A stretch of 18,835 bases of DNA from a candidate division FCPU426 bacterium (lineage in GTDB: Bacteria > Oederibacteriota > JAAXVQ01 > JAUVAV01). The translations under genes were made by a program, and so were the position numbers. Shown here in pieces: positions 1 through 9,200 of this stretch. The stretch's first letter is position 1, and the number at the start of each line of letters is the position of its first letter. The notes under the pieces were generated by a model. The model did no database searches. It had not been told where the DNA came from and worked only from the letters and a program-made list of their open reading frames with translations. The stretch lies in contig DAOWGI010000070.1 of assembly GCA_030637655.1 (NCBI GenBank), forward strand, positions 1 through 18,835. The letters are read 5' to 3'.

Positions 1-27
1 GTAATATGTCAGTGAACTAATGGAAAG

Positions 28-131
28 AAAATTAACCGCCGATGAACGCCGATAAATACGGATTAAAATTTTTTTTTATCTCTTAAGCTATAAATATCTG
101 CGTTTATTTGCGTTCATCGGCGGTTAATTTT
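28..131. repeat. Long imperfect inverted repeat (REP/MITE-like stem-loop)
   Basis: Arm 28-63 (AAAATTAACCGCCGATGAACGCCGATAAATACGGAT) is the reverse complement of arm 96-131 at 31/36 positions, around an AT-rich 32-nt loop; arms show ~10-nt internal periodicity. Confidence 0.85.
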
Positions 132-171
132 GGTTCTGGTTTATCCGTATTAGGTTTTTCTCTCTTCACTG

Positions 172-202
172 ACCTGTTACTATTAATAGTAATATGACAG
201 GT
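172..202 (-). terminator. Hairpin just downstream of the giant gene; possible terminator or protein-binding palindrome
   Basis: Perfect 16-bp palindrome TTACTATTAATAGTAA (177-192) with ACCTGT/ACAGGT outer arms, 30 nt past the stop codon at 232; no clear U-tract. Confidence 0.35.
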
Positions 203-231
203 GACCGGCTGGCCCCCTACTGTCTGACACC

Positions 232-3200
232 TTACGCAGCTTGCGCCGGGGTCTTGTGCAAAATAATTGGCAGCAGCTTGATGCGCTGCTTATCAATTCG
301 GATGATGCCCTGCGGATACTTCTGCTGCAACAGCCAGAGCAGGTTTTGCCGCTCTATCACCACCGCCGGCAAGACTATGGATATCTTCTTCTGTTCCACC
401 GTAATCACGACTTTTACGGAATGTCCCGAATCCACAGTGCCTAATAATTTTAAAAGGCTGTGGTCCAATTGCTGATCATCTGACTCCAACAAAGCCTTTA
501 ATAGCAAGCGACTTAATCCACCTACTCCTAAAGTGGACTTTCCCATTGCCAAATGCCCCAGCGCCTGCTGCCAGCGTTTTCCAGTAGGCGTATTAGAAAC
601 AAAGAGCGGTCCCAGCCGGGGATCTGCTGACACCTGCTGCTGCAAGTGCTCGGCAAGACGGAAATGGCCACGGAGTTTTTGGTAATAACGCTCCCCGGCA
701 AAGGCCGCAATGTGATCAAACAGCAGCCCGGACCAACCCAGCGAGTCGCCTCGGCTCATCTTTTCCGCCAAGCTCGAACTCAAGCCTGTGGGCAGATACA
801 GCGCGAACGCGTCTGTTGGAGAATCTGCTTTCTCTCCTTTTTCCACCCGCTGCCAGCACTCTCCCCGCACCAAGCGCACAATATACTCTAACCCATTCAT
901 ATTCTCCGGCAGGGTCCTGACCTCAATGCACCGGCCCTCGCGGTTGGCCCGCAATAAATCAGAGAGCGCAAAGCGGTTAGGCGGCAATTGGCTGATGATT
1001 CTTTGGCCGAGTTTATTTCCCAGAGCCTCAGGGTGTTGCTCCAAGTCCAGGTTCTTGGGGCCTGGCAACAACTGTTGGCGCAACCCCTGGACTACGGACA
1101 AAACAAAAATCAAGCCAAGCCGCAAATTCGGTAATCGCTTTAACAGCCAGGAACGGCCGGCTAAAACATATTCATTGGGAGTTTTTTGAATTTTGGACAA
1201 ATCAATATCCACCAAGGAAGAATAAGCAGTGGAGATTGTTTTTTTGTGATCACCTGTCAGATTTCTTGCCATTCGGTCGAATTCCCAAAAATCATAGCTC
1301 ACGTGAATGCCGGTTGCCAACAAACCCAACACAATCACCCAACCCCAGAACCAGCCATTGAGCGCCAGGAATAGTGAAAAAGCAAAATAGGGTGCAAAGG
1401 CGAGTATTTGTTTACTCCAACCCGCCAGCAGCGGTATGGCGCCGCGCGCCAAGCCTGCGCGCCATTTATAATATTGATGTACCAGGGCAAAGGCCGCTAA
1501 AAAGACTGCAAACCAGACATGCAGACCCATTAACCCCAGCACCGCGCCCAAAATAAGCAACACCGGAATTTCCCATTTCAATCCCCGCTTCCCGACCGCC
1601 ACTGCGCCGGTTATGTCGCCGGGGTGACGGATGAGGTGGAGAAAGAAAGCGATGGAGTTGGGATTCATTGCTTGTACTTGGTCTCTTATTCGTAGGACCT
1701 CATAAATCTGATCTCCAGGAAAATGCACATTCTCGGTTGCCTTGGGTTTTTTCCTTCTGATTATTTTACTAATAGTGTCTGAATCAGTCTCTCCTTGGTG
1801 AATCTGCTGAATATAATTCCAGTAAACAATATCATTAAGAGTACCCTCGCTAATATCAGATTGGCTAATAAACATGACTTTCGCAAACTGATTAAAAAAT
1901 GGCATGCCAATGGCATTGTCACTTCGGCAGGATCCCATCCCTATTAAAACCGTTTCGTCCTTCCAATCCTCTGGAACAATTCCGCTAAAAACTTGATTGA
2001 GATTGGATTCATAGCCATGACCACGATAGAAGACCATGCGCGCACCATACTTTTTCATCAATTGCGGCAAAGGTGTTTTCATGCGCCCCATCTCATCGAG
2101 CATATCCGGCGCTAAATGGACCAAAACAATCTGTTGTTCCGGCTTGGTCCGGTAGGTTAATAGAGTTATATTTTTCTCTTGCTTCGTGATTATATAACCC
2201 CCTATCCCATAGCTGTTTCCCGTATATCTCTTTATTGTCTCTTTATAAAAAGCCCGGTGATCAGGACTGTAGATCATAAGACTAGGGCCTTGCACAAGGC
2301 CTTCCGGTAAATCTCCGCTTTCTTTTGTCTTGCGCGCTATTTCACTGATATCCACCCCTTCCAGCAATGGCATGATCCTGTTATGAACACTCTCGGGAAT
2401 ATTTCCACGCGCGAGATTCACACCCAAAAGCAGACGCAGCGTTGTTTTGATCTCTTCCGACTTGATAACTTCATGAGCGCGGACCATTCCGTCTGCTAGA
2501 TTTTCTTTTAGTTGAATAGCCATAGTTTCATCAGCACTTAATGACCTGAGAAATTGTGTGTCTGGGGATTCGTAGTTCACATCTTGTTCGCCCGTCTGCC
2601 GGCTGGTTGATTTCTCCCCAAGCATCTCATGCAAAAGACGGACAGCTGCTACATATTTGTCATCTTTAATACTGTCAACGCGCTTAAATAAAATAGACGC
2701 CATATTTCTGAAAAATACAGGATATTCCGCCAGCGCATGTTTTACTTCATCAAATGCTTGCAGCACTCGCAAAAATTCAATCGTTAATTTATAATCAAAA
2801 TCAAGTCGTCCTAAATATTCCAGAAGCACGCGCCCCTGAACTCGGGCTCTTTTCCGAAGTTCCGGCAAAAGCAGATTGAAGGTACGTGAATTAATTTGAT
2901 TCTGTCCCCTGGCCAACAACACATAGAGCGCGATATCAGGTAATTGTTCGATCTCTTTTTGCTGAATATCATATCGAATTAAATGCATAATAGGATTAGC
3001 ATCTATTTCAAAGAGCACGTTAGGTATTTGTTGTGCATAAGAATAAAATTCCAGAACTTCCGGAACAGAATCAACCAAAGACGACCATATCGCGATATTT
3101 TTTGAGCTTTTTTCCGCCTGCGGCATACGGCTTACATTCCGGCGCATTTGTTCCAGCGCACTTTGCTTAATGATTTTTCCACTTTCCGGGTCTGACTCGG

Positions 3201-6200
3201 ATATATCAATGAATTGGTTTTGCGGACTTACACCATAAGGATATTCACTCAAAATTCTGCCCGCAACTGCATCTGCATTTTGTGCCATGGCTTTAATCAT
3301 TTGTGGGTGTGGTCCTATGGCTTTACAAAGTCTTAAGGTTCCTCCGGCGAAGTTGACCAAACGATGATCCAACTGGGTCACGATACGAACCGCTTGATTG
3401 TTATCAGCCTGTCCGGCTTGACGGATTAATCGCACCATGACCTTTCTACCCTGCTCATTAATACCATATTCTTCTCTTACAATGGGACTCCATAATCGAA
3501 AATGTCGATTTAATATTCCAACCACTTCAACACCTGCATCCAGGGCTTCCCGGACTTCTGTTTCCGCATGTACAATCTCAGACTCAGGAACATTTAATTC
3601 CAGTTTGTCTTGACCAGGCGTTTGCAAAGCCCGCTCTAAAGCCTGAAAATAAACCGGGTTTAATTCACTCCAAGATTTCAAGGCCTTTTTCCATTGTGTT
3701 CCCCAATTCTCGGAATCCTGTTGATAGGCTTTTTTTAATTCTATGCCTATGCTTTGATCTTTGACCGCTTGCTTTACTATTTCAAATGCTCGCTGACGAA
3801 TCTCCGGCTTCAAATCCGGTCCCAGGAGCATAATTTCTCTTAAAACTTCACGCAAAAAAGATTCCCCGCGTCTTTCAAACTCAAAATCCAAATGCTGCAA
3901 AGCGTACTGTGAATAACTTTTCGCCAGGCGGACCAATAGCCGGGCTTGTCTGTTTGCAGGACTATGCCCCTCGGCCCGTAATAAAATCGTCCACCGTTTT
4001 TCCTGCGCTAAGATTTTTACCATCTCATCGTAGATGTCTTTTTCAGGCGTATCCCACCATGACAAGCTCAGACTGCCGCCTAAAGCCAAACGTACTTTCG
4101 GGTCTGTTTTTTCCAGAATATCCAGCAATCGTTCGATATCAAACTGCGCGGCCTTTCTGATAAATGCAATTAGTAATTGCTTTTGCTTCGCAGTTAATAT
4201 TCCATTTTCATTAAGCCATTGTCTGCCTTGATTATTTGTCACGTTTGCAGCCAGGTCTATGGATATGGCTGACTCTTGTTGCAATAGTTCTTCTACTTGT
4301 ACCGTATTTGCAGCAACGCCGCTCATTCCAGGTGGTTCGGCCAGAATTGGAGTCCCAAAAACCAAACCCCAAGATAACACCAATGCCAAAATAGCGCCTT
4401 TAATATCCCCTGGCTTCATTTCAAATAATATCCGCGGCGATTGAATTACTAACCATAGCAACTTAGCAATCTGCGAGCCAATTATCCAGACCAGAACCAG
4501 CGTTGAAAACATGCCGGCGACAACCCCAAAGAGACCTACGATTGAGACAGACCACAGTACATGTTTACTTTTGTTCACAAGCCAGGCATTCTGGACGGCA
4601 TTAAGTTCGAATATTTCTCCCAAGCGCCAGAGAGTATAATCAACTAAAGCTTGATACCGTTTCGGCACTTCCCTTATTATCAAAGCGGAAATATTCACCA
4701 ACCCATGCCCCAGCAACCCAAAAGCCAGCATGACCGGGAAGGATACAAAAGGCATGAATATCAGGGCAATATTGACAACGCTGAAAATCACAGCAATGAT
4801 TTTATTGGTCCGGGATGCTTTTTGTTTGAAATGAAGGTGAGAAAAAGATACCCACACCGGGCCCAGGAAGACTTTTAAAGCTAAATCAATATCACCAAAC
4901 ATGTACAGTGCCATACCTGCAAATGCCAAACCGGGCACCCAGGCATACCACTGCTTCAGGGAAACACAGAATTCCCACCACCAGGCGACTAATGTGCTGT
5001 AATGCTTTTCCCAAAATTTACCTTTCCCTGCCCAGTGCTTGAACTCATCGGGCATGATGCCGCCGGTTGAAGCTTCTTGCCGAAAGTCTTGCTCAAGACT
5101 TTCCAGCAACCACTTGCCCAACATGACATAGGCATAGGCAATTTCACTCATGCTTAATGCTCTGCCGGTCCTTAAATTGTGCTCAACTATTCGGCGCCTC
5201 TTGTTAGGATTGTTCAGTAATTCAATTATTCTTTGAGCGCCGACCTTAAAATCAATTTCACCTATATCGGTATTAGGCACTTCAACAATTCTTAGCCCTT
5301 CGTCTTGTTGAATAGACCGACTGGAACTACCTCGGCGCCAGATTTGAATTGCCGGCCCGGCCGTACGATGGCAAGTGCCATCCGGCTCCATTTTCGTCTT
5401 ATTTTTATCTTCCGCGGGTCGTTTCTCATTCAATACCTCATGATGAATACCCGCTGTTTTAAAATCAATCAGGTTTTCCTGCCATTTGGATAGTTCCATA
5501 TCTTCCGGACCGAAAAGCTCCGGCCAAATAATCACGCGGCGCTTATCATCCAAATTGCCTGCATAGTCTTTATTGCTTTTATCCAACAGCCACCTTCTAA
5601 AAGACGCTTCATCACTAAACTCCTTTTGGCTATACGCACTTCGCATCTCATTTTTAGATAAAAATAAGTAATTATCCGTATCTTGCTGATATTTTTTCAA
5701 ATCAATGAAGTTATCAAAGCCGCCGGCTATGAAGCCAATAACATTTTTCCCCGGATTATTTACATAAACGGCATTTACCAGTTTTTTTACATCTTCAAAT
5801 TTTCTAATACTTCCCCAGTCAGTTATTGCTCCCACTACACTGACTGCCTCTGATCGCAATCGCTGTTCATCAATCAAATCACCTTTGCTAATAAAACCAT
5901 GAGGGATATATACTACCGGTTTACCCGACATCATCTCCTGATAACGCTTGATCCATTCTTGATCATTGATGAGCATGACCACAGCATTAACTTGATCCAG
6001 GACTTGCCGCACTTTTTCCTTGCCATAGCGCAAATATAATTCTTCCGGACGATGAATAATTAAAATGACTGGTTGGGAATCTTTGCTTTTTTCTATTATC
6101 GGCAATTGGCCGGCCAACCACTGCTCTTCTTCTGCTGATCCTTGCCATTGAATAATCGTCACCCCCTGATCTGACTTTTTATCTACCTTGCCGTCTTTAC

Positions 6201-9200
6201 TTCCGATGATTTTTGTAAAAGTTATCAGAGGTTTATCATGTCGATTTGAACTGCCCTGCCAACGTTTATTTATTTCGCCAATACCATGTATTAAGACATT
6301 TGTGTATCCTCTTAGCGAAGGAGGGGCATGTATGGCCAAGGCTGGTAAAAATGGCGCTTCTTTTTGATTTAATAAAGCATCAAGTCTTCGATGCAGGGCT
6401 CTAGGTTTCAATTGTTGTTGCCAGTTATGGGGCCCAAGTTCACTTTTGCCCCTCTTTGAACGGCTTCTATATTCTTCAGTTGGGGTGCCGCCGGGTCGAG
6501 TTTTCATATCGTCTTTCTTTTTAGCTGTCCGGCGAATAAAACCTTCAAATCCAAAAAGGGCATGAATAAAATATACGGGGTTTAATTCAAAAGTTATCCT
6601 GGTCAAAAGCTCAGGCTTCCGCTCATGGATAAATCGCAAAAACATCAAATTAGGGATCAAGGTCTTATTCCCAAAAAGGGCGCTGCGATAGAAAATTATA
6701 TTAAATAATCTTGAAAAGTACGGATATCGCTTTTCATTGGAAAAATGGATCCACCCAACCATATCCTGCATTGAGGTAAAAGCCTGTTTTAGAATTTCTA
6801 AAACCTCAAAGCGGATCGCATCGGTTTTTCCAGGTAGAGTCGTCTGATGAAATTGACGGTACAGCTCCGGGTATCCATTACTTATCCAATGCCAGGGATC
6901 GAATACTATTTGAATAGGTATATGCCGATCCGGGTGGAATTTTGACCAGCTCTCACGCCATGTGCGTATGCGGGCAACATATCTTTCCAGTCCCGCCACA
7001 CCTTTACATGATTTTGCCAGGTGCAGAGGTTCAAATAAGAGGATGATGTTGTTATCAAAAGCCCGTTCAGCCATAGCCATCTGGATAGGTTCAAAATTAT
7101 CAGAATCGAACAGCAGGTTTTCCCGGTGCGCAAAATCCTCCAGAATTCGATCAATATCTTCTATATGAACGATTAGCTTAATTTTATCAGCCGGTTCAAA
7201 ATACCGGTTTAGGGTTTTATAAAACAAGAAGGTATGACGTGGCGACATGTCCATATGAAAGCTTTTCACATAGAGCCGGCCTTTTCTCAAGTAGCGAAGG
7301 GCGGTTTTGTATTGAAAAGGATCAAGATAAAGTTCATTTGCCGGCAGACCCATAAATTTCGAGGCAAAAAGAGAATAAAAAAGTATGAGCCCCGGAATAA
7401 ACGCATAAATAAATATATGAATAATTGGGCTTCTGATTCTATGTAAAAGCCCGGTTAGCGCCAAGCTGGAGATGGCTCCATTTTGAAAAACGGTTTGCAG
7501 GATTTCACGATCGGTTGCAGTCAGCTTATGCTGCTCATCTGTAGCTAAATTCAGGGATTGCATGTCAGGGTATGTTTGAATTTTGTCTGAAACATTTTTG
7601 GGCTTTTTGAGAACTTTGATGACTGGCACCGTCTCCGCAGCATTTGATAGTTCAGTTAATTTATTTCTAATGAGTTTCCAAATAGGATATAAACTAATGA
7701 CTTGCAATGGCCGCAGGATATACCGAAGCGGGGTGGCAAAAAATCGAATGACTGACCTCAGGATTGGATGACGAGCAGATTGTCTGGCAAGACGCTCAAG
7801 AACAATCGCCGAGCCTTCGTGGGCCAGGGTCACGGGCAGCATTATAGCGCGCAGAAGATTGAACCAGCGGCTCTGGGAGTCGGCCACCCAGCCGTGGTTG
7901 AGATATACCGTGAACTTTCCGGTTTTAGGATCGCGATACGTCAAGGCGCTGTTCCAGGGCGCCAGCCATTTTTGCCACCATTTCTGCCACCTAGTGCGTT
8001 TTTTACTTTTCGCCTCATTCTGCTTATCCGTGATCTTCCAATACATGGCTTCCATCTCAGCGGTTGGTAAACACACCACCTTGGCAGCATTCCTGAAATA
8101 TTGCTCCGCGCGTGATTGCCATTTGGTTTTAGGCGCATCATCTATCGGGCGGACACCAGGATTTGTTACATCATCCGGGCGGCCACGGGGGGCCGCCCCT
8201 ACATTTTGTATTACCCAACCGGCCAATCCGTGCAGGGCGTACACGCCGACCATGGCCCAGGTAAAAATACTGAGCCAGACGCTGCTGTCAACCAAGGTGG
8301 CATAGACTGCAATTCCGATTGCGCCAAGAATGGCGAAACTATTGTGGAGCAGGTTGAAGGGAGCTTTGGTGCCTGTCACGTGATCTTTCTCAGAGAATGC
8401 TTGTATTACCTTTTGTGCTTGCATAAATGTTTCAACATCACCGGCAAGAATATCTCCTTTTTCCAGGGTCCAATGCATTGGATCACGTGCTGAGACAGTG
8501 AATGATTCGCCATCTGTAATAGGATTGAATATTTTTTTATTATAATCTTGCTTATGCTCTGAATTAAATTTATTGATATAGTCAACAACTGTTTTCAATT
8601 CGTCGCCGGGAATTGTTCCTCCCAGCCAAGCTAAATTCATGGCAAAGAATTGTTCGTTTTTACCGGATTGCTGTTTAATCCCGTGTTTTTTGGCTATATC
8701 AGCAACTTTTACCAAAGCGTGTTTATCCCCTTTAACCGGGACATGATATTTTAGATAGCACACCAAATCGCCGGCAGGATTGATGCCTAATCCCGTAACT
8801 TCCAATTTCATAGCTTTCAAATCAGGATCAGCCCCACACTCTGTTATAATATTTTGGTAAATTTCAGGGATATCTTCTATTGGAAAATCTTGGTAATTGG
8901 TTCCCAGTAAAATAGAAAAATGAGGCACAGCCCGGATAATCCCTAGAGAGGTTTTCGGCATATTTTCAAAAAATTCATTTAGCATTTCTACCAGTTCTTG
9001 AGGAGTTAAATTTAAGAGTGTGGCATTGGGTACAAATGGGTATAATCCTCTTTCAGGAGAAACCACCTCACGAGGATCTTCACTTTTATCAAATTCCCGG
9101 GCTGACCATGATTTCTTATTCTCTATATAATATTGAATACGCCATTTATTTAAACTTGCTATTACCTGATTATTCATAGGTGGGCCAATGGCATAATATC

